The position numbers were made by a program, and so were the translations under genes. From an archaeon BMS3Abin17 (GTDB lineage: Archaea; Nanobdellota; Nanobdellia; Pacearchaeales; GW2011-AR1), in the NCBI GenBank assembly GCA_002897655.1, contig BDTJ01000038.1, positions 66,689-130,688 of the forward strand: 64,000 bases of DNA. Reading direction: 5' to 3'. Below are positions 9,338-19,020 of the stretch, piece after piece. The notes below the pieces were generated by a model. The model worked only from the letters and a program-made list of their open reading frames with translations. It searched no databases and was not told the DNA's origin. Each line of letters opens with the position of its first letter. Positions within the stretch are counted from its first letter, which is position 1.

Positions 9338-10395
9338 TTTTTAACATGTATTGTCTGGGTTGGGAAGGCAAATCCTATCTTTTCCTTTTCAAATGCCTCT
9401 TTTAAAGAGAGGTTTATTGATTCCTGTGTATCCATGTATTTATTATAATCAGAAGTCTTGAGGTAATAAACAACTTCATAATTTAGACTGAAGTCTCCAA
9501 ATTCCTTAAAATGAACTCTGTCTAACTCAGCTAATTTTTCCTTATCTATTATTTTTTTTACAATACTTTTTATTTTTTCCATCTTTCTTACTGGGGTGTT
9601 ATACTCTATGCCAAAACCAAAAACTATTCTCCTCTTTTGCATACGCTTGTAATTATTAATTCTGCTGCTTGTAAGCTCACTGTTGGAAACCACCAGTTCC
9701 TGCCCCTGAAGAGTCTGTATACGTGTTGTTTTAATCCCAATGTGTTTCACTACCCCCATATCATTACCGAGAATAATAAAATCTCCTTCCTGAAACGGCT
9801 TGTCAAGGTAAATTGCAAATGCACTGAATAAGTCTCCAAGAATTGTCTGAAGAGCTAAGGCAATGGCAATCCCTCCAACACCAATTCCTGCAATTAAAGG
9901 GGTTATTTCAATTCCAAAATTTGAGAGAATCATGAGCAATGCAAGAGTCCAAATAATGACTTTTACAATTACCCCCATAACTTTTACCATTGAGGTATCT
10001 TCTCTTTTTTGTTTTTCTGTTCTTTTTTTTATCTCTTTCTTAACTAAATGATCAACTATTTGTATAATCCCTTTTGTAGCATAAAAAACAATAAAAATAA
10101 TCATCAAATATCCAAGGATTTTTTCAATAATATCTGATAATGCAAGTGTTTTTGCAGATATATACAGGGCAATAAACACAAAAAAAGGCCACTTTATTCC
10201 TTTTATAAAATCTATAATAATATCATCCCAGATTATTTTTGTTTTACGGCTGGCTTTTTGAAGAATGTTTAAACCGATTGTGTCAATTATCTTAAATCCG
10301 ATAAATAATCCGATAAATAATCCAATAGCAACTAATACTTCTTTTGGGGTATTGCTTCCTATAATATAGCTGATTATCTCTTCAAAATCTATCAT
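9334..10395 (-). CDS. Small-conductance mechanosensitive channel (MscS family)
   Basis: 353 aa; 3 N-terminal TM helices then GIGVGGIAIALALQTILGDLFSAFAIYLDKPFQEGDFI...IQTLQGQELVVSNSEL typical MscS core. Confidence 0.8.
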   Translation of the reverse strand: MIDFEEIISYIIGSNTPKEVLVAIGLFIGLFIGFKIIDTIGLNILQKASRKTKIIWDDIIIDFIKGIKWPFFVFIALYISAKTLALSDIIEKILGYLMIIFIVFYATKGIIQIVDHLVKKEIKKRTEKQKREDTSMVKVMGVIVKVIIWTLALLMILSNFGIEITPLIAGIGVGGIAIALALQTILGDLFSAFAIYLDKPFQEGDFIILGNDMGVVKHIGIKTTRIQTLQGQELVVSNSELTSSRINNYKRMQKRRIVFGFGIEYNTPVRKMEKIKSIVKKIIDKEKLAELDRVHFKEFGDFSLNYEVVYYLKTSDYNKYMDTQESINLSLKEAFEKEKIGFAFPTQTIHVKK

Positions 10396-10438
10396 TTTAT
10401 GATTATTAAAAGAAATTTTGTTTTTTATATCTTTTTAT

Positions 10439-10521
10439 GCGGGAGAAAGGATTCGAACCTTTGTAAGCACTAAGCTAACAGATTTTGAGTCTGTCCTGTT
10501 TGACCACTCCAGCACTCCCGC
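10439..10521 (-). tRNA. tRNA-Leu (anticodon CAA), type II long variable arm
   Basis: Hand fold: acceptor GCGGGAG/CTCCCGC, D arm CTG..CAG, anticodon stem ACAGA/TCTGT loop CTCAAAA, 15-nt variable arm, T arm AAAGG-TTCGAAT-CCTTT. Confidence 0.8.
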
Positions 10522-10566
10522 ATAAAAATAGGATAAATCCCCTGTATAAAAAGGTTTAGAATTAAA

Positions 10567-11289
10567 TTATTTACTTATTTTCTTTGAGACTTCAGCCAGG
10601 TCTTTTTTCAGGGCATCAATAGATTTCTTAAGGATTTCTCCTGTTTCTAGCTGCCCAAAAGATTCAAGAGTGATTATTAAGCTGTTTACTGGAGTAATTT
10701 TTACATAATCTTTTTTTATTTTTCTGCATTTCTCAACACATGCTTCACAAAAGTCACACTTGTAAGCATCTTTAACAATAACTTTTCCATTCTCTAATTT
10801 TAATATTTCTTTTGGACATGTTTCTGCAATCTTTTTAGGGCAATCTTTGTCTACTTTTATATCAAAAACATTTCTATAAAACATTAAGCCAGGAGAAAAC
10901 TTAGAGTGTTCACTTCCTGTTCCAAAACCCGTTGTTGCTGTTGCTTCTAATTCCTGCCCCTTGCTTAAAGAGGTTATTGGAATTTTTCCATAAGCAACCT
11001 TGACTTTACCCTTGAACTCTCCTGAATAAACCATTCCTTCTTCTTTTGACTTTATTTTTAACTTCTCACTTTTTTTCTCATCAAGAGTTTTATCCATTTT
11101 TAAGGGAATCAATCCCATCCTATGGGCAATGGTCTCATCATATAATGGAGAATCATTTCTTGAAATTTCAACTTCATCTATAGCAATAACCTGAATCTGG
11201 TTCATATACCTCCGGATAGAATTAGCAAGACCCTCTTCAATATCTGCCTGGAAGGTTATTTGGTTGTCTTTTTTATTTATTATTTTCAT
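10567..11289 (-). CDS. rpoD: DNA-directed RNA polymerase subunit Rpo3 (RpoD) with 4Fe-4S-type cysteine cluster
   Basis: 240 aa; N-terminal dimerisation domain typical of RpoD/RPB3; CDFCEACVEKC cluster; located after rps11 as in archaeal operon. Confidence 0.85.
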   Translation of the reverse strand: MKIINKKDNQITFQADIEEGLANSIRRYMNQIQVIAIDEVEISRNDSPLYDETIAHRMGLIPLKMDKTLDEKKSEKLKIKSKEEGMVYSGEFKGKVKVAYGKIPITSLSKGQELEATATTGFGTGSEHSKFSPGLMFYRNVFDIKVDKDCPKKIAETCPKEILKLENGKVIVKDAYKCDFCEACVEKCRKIKKDYVKITPVNSLIITLESFGQLETGEILKKSIDALKKDLAEVSKKISK

Positions 11290-11325
11290 ATTATCATCAA
11301 AAATTTTTAATTTTTAAACCTATGC

Positions 11326-11790
11326 TTATGGTCTTCTTCCTCTTCTACCCCCTTTCTTCTTTGGTCCACCACGAGGGACCCTTGTTGTGTCAAGTATGTT
11401 TAATATTCTAAATCCAGACCTTGTAAGACTCTTTATTATTGCATTTGCACCAGGTCCTGGAGAAGGGTTTCCTGTTTTTGCTCTTATTCTTACATATAAT
11501 GATTTAACTCCCAAATCTTTTACATTCTCTGCTATTCTTTTTGCAATAAACATTGCAATTGTTGGATTTGCCTTTAATCTTCCGTGCTTTGTGACCATGC
11601 CCCCTGTGACCTTTGCAATTGTCTTTCCGGAAATATCTGTAACATGAACAAGAGTATTATTATATGAAGTGTAAATATTTACAATTGCCTCTACTTCTTT
11701 CTTTTTTTTCTCTATTTTTGGTGTTTCTTTAACTTCTTCCTTAACTTTAGTTTTTTCTTCAGGTTTTTTAGTTTCTTTTTCTTCACTCAT
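11326..11790 (-). CDS. rps11: 30S ribosomal protein uS11
   Basis: 154 aa; IVNIYTSYNNTLVHVTD...; C-terminal GPGANAIIKSL...RVPRGGP...RRGRRP. Confidence 0.9.
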   Translation of the reverse strand: MSEEKETKKPEEKTKVKEEVKETPKIEKKKKEVEAIVNIYTSYNNTLVHVTDISGKTIAKVTGGMVTKHGRLKANPTIAMFIAKRIAENVKDLGVKSLYVRIRAKTGNPSPGPGANAIIKSLTRSGFRILNILDTTRVPRGGPKKKGGRRGRRP

Positions 11791-12335
11791 TTTTCTCTCT
11801 CCTTTACCTCTTCTTGTTTTTCCTCAGATTTAGGTTCTTTGCCTTCTTCAGAGGGTACACCTTCAGGTGCTTTTTTTACTTGTTTCTTCTTTTTAAGCTT
11901 TAAAGTTATCTTGCTTTCAAGAGTTACAGGAACCACATAAGATGGGCTGTCCACAACTTTACCATCTACAAGAACTTTTCTGTGTGTAATCAATTGTCTT
12001 GCATTTTTTGGAGTTGTAGCAAGTCTTTTATTCATAAGAACTGTTTGAAGCCTTCTTTTTAGATAATCAGTTTTATCCAAAGACAAAACATCTGCAATAG
12101 AATTAACATTTAATCCAATTTTCCTCAATCTTTCAAATAAAGCTTCTTGCTCTTTTGGGTCAGCAGAGATTAATTTTTTAGCTTTTTCTCTCATGGATTT
12201 GATTTTTGCCTCTGCTCTCCATATTTCCTTTTTATTTTTTAGCCCGAATTCTTTTTTTATCTCAGCTTCTTCGTCAATTCTTGCCTTGTCAAATGGCCTT
12301 TTTGGCTTTGAATATTGTTTGTGTTTACGCTTCAT
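11787..12335 (-). CDS. rps4: 30S ribosomal protein uS4
   Basis: 182 aa; basic N-terminus MKRKHKQYSKPKRPF, S4 domain; operon position. Confidence 0.9.
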   Translation of the reverse strand: MKRKHKQYSKPKRPFDKARIDEEAEIKKEFGLKNKKEIWRAEAKIKSMREKAKKLISADPKEQEALFERLRKIGLNVNSIADVLSLDKTDYLKRRLQTVLMNKRLATTPKNARQLITHRKVLVDGKVVDSPSYVVPVTLESKITLKLKKKKQVKKAPEGVPSEEGKEPKSEEKQEEVKEREK

Positions 12336-12604
12336 TTTTGAGTTTCTCCGAATTTTTCTTCGTATTTTCCCGTATATTCTCGAGCTAAAAGTCCACTAGC
12401 TCCAGCAACATATAGTAATGCTCCTCCAAAACCAATAAGGTTTTTACCTTTCTTCATATCTTTTTTTATTGTTTCATAGGTAACCACCATGTTCTCTTTA
12501 TTAGTTCTGCTATTACTTAAATCCATATTCATAAATAATGAAGAACCAAAACCAAGTATTCCAACAACCATACATCCAACTAAAATCTTATCTAATTTTC
12601 CCAT
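12332..12604 (-). CDS. Small two-TM membrane protein inserted between rps13 and rps4 (hypothetical)
   Basis: Track ORF 12332..12637; start trimmed to internal Met (MGKLDK...) so it abuts the rps13 stop; two hydrophobic helices. Confidence 0.35.
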   Translation of the reverse strand: MGKLDKILVGCMVVGILGFGSSLFMNMDLSNSRTNKENMVVTYETIKKDMKKGKNLIGFGGALLYVAGASGLLAREYTGKYEEKFGETQK

Positions 12605-12605
12605 A

Positions 12606-13070
12606 TTATCTCTTAACCTTCTTTTTAATTCCAACACCCTTGCTTTTGTTCTTTCTGAAATTTGCCTTTGTTCTCTGCCCTCTTGTAGGCAAGTTACTCA
12701 TGTGCCTAAATCCCCTGTAACTCTTGATTTTCTTTAATCTCTTAATATCAAATTCTGTTCTTAATTCTAAATCAATGCTTGATAAATGCTTATCTTCTCC
12801 TGTCTCAAAATCGCCTCTTCTGTTCGTGAGGTATGCAGGAACTTTTGGATTTTTTATGAATTCAGTTATTTTTTTAATTTCATCATCAGTCAAAGAACCT
12901 ATTTTCCTTTTTTTATCAATTTTCAATATTTTACAGACAGCATTAGCAAAAGCCCATGAAACTCCTTTTATCTTTGTTAACCCGGAATAAATCGTCATAT
13001 TTCCTTCTATATCTCTTGATAAGATTCTGATTATTCTTTCTTCATGTTTTAATGTTTGTTTTGCTTCCAT
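12606..13070 (-). CDS. rps13: 30S ribosomal protein uS13
   Basis: 154 aa; ...RILSRDIEGNMTIYSGLTKIKGV...RGQRTKANFRK... typical S13. Confidence 0.9.
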   Translation of the reverse strand: MEAKQTLKHEERIIRILSRDIEGNMTIYSGLTKIKGVSWAFANAVCKILKIDKKRKIGSLTDDEIKKITEFIKNPKVPAYLTNRRGDFETGEDKHLSSIDLELRTEFDIKRLKKIKSYRGFRHMSNLPTRGQRTKANFRKNKSKGVGIKKKVKR

Positions 13071-13071
13071 T

Positions 13072-13608
13072 TTAATTCACAAATAAATTATATCTTTCCA
13101 GAGTTGTCAATTCCTGGATTATTCTTTTCTCAATTGCTCTTTCAGGGTCAGGAAAGTTTGGAATTCTGTTTCTCATATCCTTAAAACTTTCAAAAGGCTT
13201 TTCCTTTCTTTTCTCAATTATCTCCTTCATATGTTTTTTTCCTAATCCAGGGAGCAATTCTATCTGGTGAAGCCGTTTATTCATTGCTTCTGCTTTATTG
13301 AAAAATTCAACAAATTGTTCTTCTCTTTCCTTAACTATCTTATTTATAAATTCTTGCAATTGTTCTTTAGCAGGTTCTGTAAGTTTTTCCCTGTGAAGTC
13401 TTCCAAGAATATAATATATTTTGTCTCTCTTTCCTTCGCCAATATAAACTTCCTCTCCTGCTTCTAGGTTTTCTTCCTTTCTAGGAACAAGCTCCAAAAG
13501 AGTTAAGTTCTCTTTTCCTATGGCCTGGGCTATGGGCATCATTTTTCTCTCTAAAGGATACCCGTTTGGTAGATATTCTAGTATGATTGCATGTTCTTCT
13601 TTTTTCAT
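13072..13608 (-). CDS. DUF655-family putative RNA-binding protein (OB-fold plus helix-hairpin-helix)
   Basis: 178 aa; archaeal gene conserved between rpoF and rps13; pattern ILEYLPNGYP...ELLPGLGKKHMKEIIEKR. Confidence 0.55.
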   Translation of the reverse strand: MKKEEHAIILEYLPNGYPLERKMMPIAQAIGKENLTLLELVPRKEENLEAGEEVYIGEGKRDKIYYILGRLHREKLTEPAKEQLQEFINKIVKEREEQFVEFFNKAEAMNKRLHQIELLPGLGKKHMKEIIEKRKEKPFESFKDMRNRIPNFPDPERAIEKRIIQELTTLERYNLFVN

Positions 13609-13613
13609 TTTTC

Positions 13614-13919
13614 TTATTTAAATTGTTTAACTGTTTCAAGTATTTTTTTTGTTTCATCCTCGTCTAATCCCACATCTGTAAAAATTTTGTTTAAATCTTC
13701 TGAATTTTCTGGCATTAAGTCAATTATCTTAACTATCTGTTCTGGTTTCATTTTCATGAGTTCAAGCCCTTCAAGAACTTTTCTCATTTCCTTAGCATCT
13801 TTTGGGGTTAATTTTATAAATTTTTTTATAAACCTCTTTACATCAACCTCACTATTCTCATCTTTTTTCACATATCCTAGTGATTCTGCCATGCTTATTG
13901 GTTCTGTATTTTTTATCAT
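13614..13919 (-). CDS. rpoF: RNA polymerase subunit Rpo4 (RpoF)
   Basis: 101 aa acidic protein; conserved position between rpl21e and DUF655; ...KPEQIVKIIDLMPENSEDL... pattern. Confidence 0.6.
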   Translation of the reverse strand: MIKNTEPISMAESLGYVKKDENSEVDVKRFIKKFIKLTPKDAKEMRKVLEGLELMKMKPEQIVKIIDLMPENSEDLNKIFTDVGLDEDETKKILETVKQFK

Positions 13920-13924
13920 ATTCC

Positions 13925-14185
13925 TTATTTAGAGGTTTTTATTTTTTTTAAGTGTATTGGTTGAATTAAAAATTTCTTTTCTTTATTTTGATCCATAATC
14001 CTCACAATATACGCCTTGCCTCTTGAGCCCTCAATCTTTCCTGTTTTTCCCTGCAGTCTTTTTGGAAAACTTGACCGGGCAGCTTTTTCTCTTACCACTG
14101 CAACAGAATCTCCTTTATCAAGTTCTTGAAAATACCTGCTAAGTTGCAGTTTCCCGCGTGTTCTGATACTTTTTCTCTTACCCAT
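13925..14185 (-). CDS. rpl21e: 50S ribosomal protein eL21 (L21e)
   Basis: 86 aa; MGKRKSIRTRGK...GDSVAV......P.R.QGKTGKI.....AY.V typical L21e. Confidence 0.85.
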   Translation of the reverse strand: MGKRKSIRTRGKLQLSRYFQELDKGDSVAVVREKAARSSFPKRLQGKTGKIEGSRGKAYIVRIMDQNKEKKFLIQPIHLKKIKTSK

Positions 14186-14215
14186 AAATTATTCAGAAAT
14201 AACTGATTTAAAAAG

Positions 14216-14428
14216 CTATCTAAACCCTTCAAAACCCTCTAATTCTCTACGGGGTTCTGCAGCAGGTTGTGTGTGGCATAAATCACCATTCGCCCTTGCA
14301 TTCTCCATATTTTGGACAATTGCATTGAACATCTTGTCCCCCCAGACATTTTTCCCGCATTTATCGCAGAAATCAATTACACAATCACTAGAAATCTCTG
14401 CATTGCAATAAATACATTTTTTCACCAT
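14216..14428 (-). CDS. Zinc-ribbon domain protein
   Basis: 70 aa; CIYC...17 aa...CDKCG two CxxC pairs. Confidence 0.4.
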   Translation of the reverse strand: MVKKCIYCNAEISSDCVIDFCDKCGKNVWGDKMFNAIVQNMENARANGDLCHTQPAAEPRRELEGFEGFR

Positions 14429-14481
14429 CTTTTCCTCTTTTTACACGATTGAAAAATCAGAGATGTTTTTAAGTTTTTGGG

Positions 14482-14769
14482 TTAGATTTTGTAGTTATAG
14501 TTATTTATTGATTGCAAAAGAAGTGTATTTATATCTCTATAAGAAATTTTATCTTTATCTTTTAAAGACCCAAATGATACTTTTTCGAGGTTTAAAACTT
14601 CAAGAAGTTCTCTATTTGCTATAATTGCATTTCTTAAACCATTCATATCATGTATCTTTGCCCCCCCTGGTGAGCGTCTTGCTAAATAATCATCTACTTC
14701 CTTTAACAGATCAATAACATTTCTTCCATTCACTATTTTCTCTAATTTTTTTCTTTCCATCTTACTCAT
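14482..14769 (-). CDS. Hypothetical protein
   Basis: 95 aa ORF overlapping the permease start by 8 nt (operonic). Confidence 0.3.
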   Translation of the reverse strand: MSKMERKKLEKIVNGRNVIDLLKEVDDYLARRSPGGAKIHDMNGLRNAIIANRELLEVLNLEKVSFGSLKDKDKISYRDINTLLLQSINNYNYKI

Positions 14770-15973
14770 ACCTCAAGGCATCAGCAACATTTGTCTTAGA
14801 TGCCTGCATTGCGGGAAGAACACCTGAAACAGCCCCGATTATAAATGCAAATCCTAAACATCCCCCAACCAACCATAAGGGAAAACTTACTTGCAACAAA
14901 TTTGTTCCAAGATTATTAATCGCAATATACTCAATTGTTTTTCCAATTCCCATGCCGAGCAAGACCCCCGCAATCCCTCCAACTAAACCCAGCATACCAG
15001 ATTCAATCAAGAAAATCTTTAATATGTCAGAATTTCTTGCCCCAATAGCTTTCATGACCCCTATTTCCTTTGTTCTTTCTAAGATGGAAGTATACATTGT
15101 GTTTGCAATTCCAATTGCTCCCACTAATAATGAGATTGCCGCAATTCCTGCTAAAAATACAGTTATTATATTAAGTATATTTCCAAAACTTTCTAAAAGC
15201 TCTTCAGGAGTCATAACATCAAACTCCTGATTGTCTTCTGTCTCTCCCCGAGCCTTTCTTAATTTTTCTTCTGTTCTTTTTGAAACTTCAACAACATCTT
15301 CTCCATCTTCAACCTGGACCATTATCCAATCAACTCTTTCAGGAATGCCAAATAACTCTCTAAAACTATCAATATCCATTAAAATCATCCTGTCATCATC
15401 TGGATTGCCAACTAATTCAAGAATTCCCCTTACTCTTACTTTTTTATCATTGAGAGTTATTTTGTCTCCCACATTTACAGGCCTTCCAAAAAGATTTCCT
15501 GTTTTATGAAGATTTCCTAGAATTACAGAATAACTATCCCCTTTTTCAAAAAGTCTTCCATCTTCTACTGCAATACCACTTTCTGTGTAAACTCCAAGAC
15601 TTTCAGGAGGTGCTCCCCAAACCAGATGATATCTTGTTGTTCCTGCAAATTCTACTTTTGCATTCCCTGCCACAAAATAAGAAATATCTTTTACTCCTCT
15701 GACTTTTAATATAGTATCAATATCATCTTCTGTAAGGATTACACTTTCAATACTCCCAGGAGGTCCTAAAAAACCAGTTGCAGGCTGGACAAAGAATTTA
15801 TCAGCTCCAAGAAGATTGAATTGTTCTTCTACTGCATTTTGTAACCCAAGCGATAAACTGATTAATATAAAAATTGTAGCAATTGAGATAAATATGCCAA
15901 TCATAGTAAGCCATGTTCGCAGCTTTCTCTTTCTTAAATTCTTCAATGCGAGACTGAAGTAATCTTTTAACAT
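14762..15973 (-). CDS. ABC transporter permease, MacB/FtsX-type (N-terminal TM, large extracytoplasmic domain, C-terminal FtsX 3-TM bundle)
   Basis: 403 aa; MLKDYFSLALKNLRKRKLRTWLTMIGIFISIATI... and C-terminal ...MKAIGARNSDILKIFLIESGMLGLVGGIAG... FtsX-like. Confidence 0.8.
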   Translation of the reverse strand: MLKDYFSLALKNLRKRKLRTWLTMIGIFISIATIFILISLSLGLQNAVEEQFNLLGADKFFVQPATGFLGPPGSIESVILTEDDIDTILKVRGVKDISYFVAGNAKVEFAGTTRYHLVWGAPPESLGVYTESGIAVEDGRLFEKGDSYSVILGNLHKTGNLFGRPVNVGDKITLNDKKVRVRGILELVGNPDDDRMILMDIDSFRELFGIPERVDWIMVQVEDGEDVVEVSKRTEEKLRKARGETEDNQEFDVMTPEELLESFGNILNIITVFLAGIAAISLLVGAIGIANTMYTSILERTKEIGVMKAIGARNSDILKIFLIESGMLGLVGGIAGVLLGMGIGKTIEYIAINNLGTNLLQVSFPLWLVGGCLGFAFIIGAVSGVLPAMQASKTNVADALRYE

Positions 15974-16308
15974 TTTTTGAGAAGTTCCCCCATAGATTCA
16001 GCAATTAGTAAATCTTTACGACTAGGATTAGGGGGTGCAAGAGCTATCTCCTTAATGTGCTCAGGATTTATTACGCCCTCTTTTGGCAAAATATCAACAT
16101 GTCCTGAATAAGCCACCACAATCTCCCAAACATTATTTCTATCCACTTTTATCCTATAATTTACATTATAACCCAACTCTTTTGCTCTGTCAAAATGTGG
16201 CTTTTCCTGTTTGAGAGTGTATAATATATCTTGATAAGGGATTCCAAGTTCTTTCATTCCATTAACAAGTTCTATTTCTGTATTAAAAACAAATTCTTCA
16301 ATTTTCAT
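15967..16308 (-). CDS. Hypothetical cytoplasmic protein (between paralogous permeases)
   Basis: 113 aa ORF, start overlaps the upstream permease stop. Confidence 0.4.
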   Translation of the reverse strand: MKIEEFVFNTEIELVNGMKELGIPYQDILYTLKQEKPHFDRAKELGYNVNYRIKVDRNNVWEIVVAYSGHVDILPKEGVINPEHIKEIALAPPNPSRKDLLIAESMGELLKKC

Positions 16309-16311
16309 CTT

Positions 16312-17529
16312 CTAACTCCTCAAGGCATCCACGACATTTAATTTACTTGCTTGTATTGCAGGAAGAATTCCCGACACAACTCCTACTACAAAAGCAAATG
16401 AGACTGAACCAATTAAAAGAGGATAAGATATTGTCACAAGAAATAAATTTCCCCCAAGAGCCTGATTTGCAAGAGCAGATATTCCCATTGCTGCCCCTAA
16501 ACCTATCAAAGCACCCACAATGCCTCCAACCAAACCCAACATACCAGATTCAATTAAAAATATCATCAAGACATCTTTATTTTGTGCTCCAATAGCTTTC
16601 ATAACTCCTATTTCTCTTGTCCTCTCTAATACAGACGTATACATTGTGTTTGCAATTCCAACACCACCAACAAACAATGAAATCATTGCAATCCCAATTA
16701 CAATTAAATTGATTATATTTAGGATAGTATTTACACTTGAGATTGCCTCTAAAGGAGTTTCTACTGTGAAACTTTCTTCACCTATTTTTTCTTTTCTATC
16801 ATTTCTTAATTTTCTCTCTATTTCTTTTGAAACATCTTCTATTTCATCCTTATCTTCAACCTGTGCAATAATCATATCATACTCATTTTCAATATCCATT
16901 AAGTCTTCTAAATCACTTGTTAATAGCAGGACAATGCTATTCATCTGAAAATTACTTGTTTTCTCAAGAAATCCTATTACTTCAAAATCTTTCCCATTAA
17001 TTTTTACTCTTTTTCCAACTCTCATTTCTCTTCCAAAATCCGGTGTTGTCATGAAATTGTTCCCAAGAAGAACCATTCCATTGTCACCCTGCTTAAGAAG
17101 CCTCCCTTCTTTTGCTTTAAATTTAAGGCTGTCATAAACAAACTCTGCATCTTCAGGGTCATCAGGAATATCTGCAGCATATCCAAATCCTTTTACCCCA
17201 TTATATTCAAGACTTCCAACCCTGATTAATCTGGTTACAACCTTATCAACTCCATTTATTCCCTCGATAATTCTTAAATCATCTTCATTTAATTTTTCAA
17301 CAACAGCACTTCCAGGAGGAGCAAATCCAGTTTGTTTATTTTGTATAGTTAGCCGGTCAACAGATAAAGCTCCAAACTGTCCTGTAACAGCTTCTTTTAG
17401 ACCTGCACCCATTGATATAAGAGCCACCACAGCTGCAATACCAATAAATATTCCAAGAATTGTCAGCCAGCTTCTTAAACCTCTGTGCCTTAAGTTTCCA
17501 AAAGCCAGTGAGAAATAGTCTTTGAGCAT
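16312..17529 (-). CDS. ABC transporter permease, MacB/FtsX-type (paralog of 14762..15973)
   Basis: 405 aa; same N- and C-terminal signatures (MLKDYFSLAFGNLRHRGLRSWLTILGIFIGIAAV... / ...MKAIGAQNKDVLMIFLIESGMLGLVGG...). Confidence 0.8.
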   Translation of the reverse strand: MLKDYFSLAFGNLRHRGLRSWLTILGIFIGIAAVVALISMGAGLKEAVTGQFGALSVDRLTIQNKQTGFAPPGSAVVEKLNEDDLRIIEGINGVDKVVTRLIRVGSLEYNGVKGFGYAADIPDDPEDAEFVYDSLKFKAKEGRLLKQGDNGMVLLGNNFMTTPDFGREMRVGKRVKINGKDFEVIGFLEKTSNFQMNSIVLLLTSDLEDLMDIENEYDMIIAQVEDKDEIEDVSKEIERKLRNDRKEKIGEESFTVETPLEAISSVNTILNIINLIVIGIAMISLFVGGVGIANTMYTSVLERTREIGVMKAIGAQNKDVLMIFLIESGMLGLVGGIVGALIGLGAAMGISALANQALGGNLFLVTISYPLLIGSVSFAFVVGVVSGILPAIQASKLNVVDALRS

Positions 17530-17534
17530 TGGAG

Positions 17535-17885
17535 TTACCTCCTACCAAACCTATCTATAAGTTCTTTAATACCCTTCCAAGGATCCATTTCATTATGATA
17601 ATTCAACATTTCTGCTTTTGCTTTATCTTCTGGATTATATGTATGGCCTGTTCCATAAATTAAACTTGAGGGGTTATCTGCTCTAAGTTTTTTTACATTT
17701 TCAACACTCAAACCATTAACATTAATATGATATCCATCATACCCTTTTGGAATTCCCTTAATTTCACGACCTTCTTTTATAACTATCTTTAAATTCTTGT
17801 TTTCTTCCATTTCTCCTTCTAATAATTCTTTAATATCATCACAAAGTCCAGGACCTTCACTACAAAGAACAAATATACTTTTCAT
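17535..17885 (-). CDS. Hypothetical protein
   Basis: 116 aa ORF in same operon. Confidence 0.35.
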   Translation of the reverse strand: MKSIFVLCSEGPGLCDDIKELLEGEMEENKNLKIVIKEGREIKGIPKGYDGYHINVNGLSVENVKKLRADNPSSLIYGTGHTYNPEDKAKAEMLNYHNEMDPWKGIKELIDRFGRR

Positions 17886-18157
17886 CTTTCAAATCCAGCT
17901 TTATCAAAAATTCTTCTTGTTTCCCTTTCTCCGAAATCTTTAATGATTCCTTTAACAATATTGCCATATTTATTAACATTAATATATTCAAAGGCAATTC
18001 GTCTATAGGTTTTATATTCTTGTAATCCTTGATTAAATGTTTCGGGTTGTGGAAGTTCTCTTGAGGATAAATCTTTTAATGTATTAATCTGTAATTTCAT
18101 AAGTTCATCTAACCCCTCTTTTAATTTTCTTGGTTTAATTCTGTATTTCATCTTCAA
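17882..18157 (-). CDS. Hypothetical protein
   Basis: 91 aa ORF, overlapping stops/starts with neighbours. Confidence 0.35.
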   Translation of the reverse strand: MKMKYRIKPRKLKEGLDELMKLQINTLKDLSSRELPQPETFNQGLQEYKTYRRIAFEYINVNKYGNIVKGIIKDFGERETRRIFDKAGFER

Positions 18158-19020
18158 GCCTCCTTCTTAGAATTCTTTCTTCGTTTCTTTATTCTTCTAT
18201 AAATTATCCAAACAATAATTATAACTGCAACAATTCCATAAGTTGTGTAATTAGATTTCTTGATTAAACCCAATTCAAGAGCCTTTTCTCTTGAATAAAC
18301 TTTTACAGGAAGAGTTATTGTTTCTGTTTGCTCTTGATTATCAAAATCCTTGTAGGTTATTTTTGCAGTTATGCTTGCACTTGTTTTTTCAAAAATAACC
18401 TCAAATGTAGCTAATTCAAAATCATCAGAATCAATTGTTCCAACATATTCTTCCTTACTTGACAAAATTTCTAGACCACTATCTGACGTAATCTTAACAT
18501 TAACAAATCCAACATCACCTAATCCTGAGTTGATTATCTTAATAGAAACTTTTCCTTGCTCTCCAGCAACATTGTTTTTTGCTTCAACAGCATAGCTTAT
18601 TTCTGTTTTTGCACCCACAGTAACACCGATACTCCCTGTTCTTGTTTTTTCCTCATCATCTGAATCTAGGTAAGTAAGTGTATAGGGAATATTATAATCT
18701 CCTGGTTTAATATTAGAAGGAGCTTTTAATGTAAAGCTAAATGTTTCTTTATCATCTTCATTAATTTCATCTTCACTATCTTCAGAACTTCCAACACTTG
18801 TAAAAGAAGTATTTTCTAATTCTAATACAAGAGAAACATCTGTAACATCTCCATTAAGTGTGTTCTTGACTTCCACTTTTAGTGAAGCACTTTGCCCGGG
18901 ATACAACTCCCCCACTTCAACAGAATTAATTATCATTGATGATGCAAGGCTTATGCTTAACAATACTGCGAATATGCTGATAACTATTAAATTAAATTTT
19001 GTTTTCATTTTATCCTCCAA
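18154..19020 (-). CDS. Cell-surface protein with signal peptide, tandem Ig-like/CARDB-like beta domains and C-terminal TM anchor
   Basis: 288 aa; N-terminal hydrophobic signal, beta-rich T/S/V repeats, C-terminal TM followed by RRIKKRRKNSKK. Confidence 0.5.
   Translation of the reverse strand: MEDKMKTKFNLIVISIFAVLLSISLASSMIINSVEVGELYPGQSASLKVEVKNTLNGDVTDVSLVLELENTSFTSVGSSEDSEDEINEDDKETFSFTLKAPSNIKPGDYNIPYTLTYLDSDDEEKTRTGSIGVTVGAKTEISYAVEAKNNVAGEQGKVSIKIINSGLGDVGFVNVKITSDSGLEILSSKEEYVGTIDSDDFELATFEVIFEKTSASITAKITYKDFDNQEQTETITLPVKVYSREKALELGLIKKSNYTTYGIVAVIIIVWIIYRRIKKRRKNSKKEA

Noticed and set aside
8413-16948. Numerous 60-140 aa ORFs antisense to ribosomal-protein and permease genes (e.g. 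8413..8613, 11387..11647, 12193..12399, 14952..15230, 16520..16948)
   Set aside because: They sit wholly within strongly supported genes on the opposite strand and have the Phe/Ile/Leu/Ser-rich composition typical of AT-rich antisense frames.
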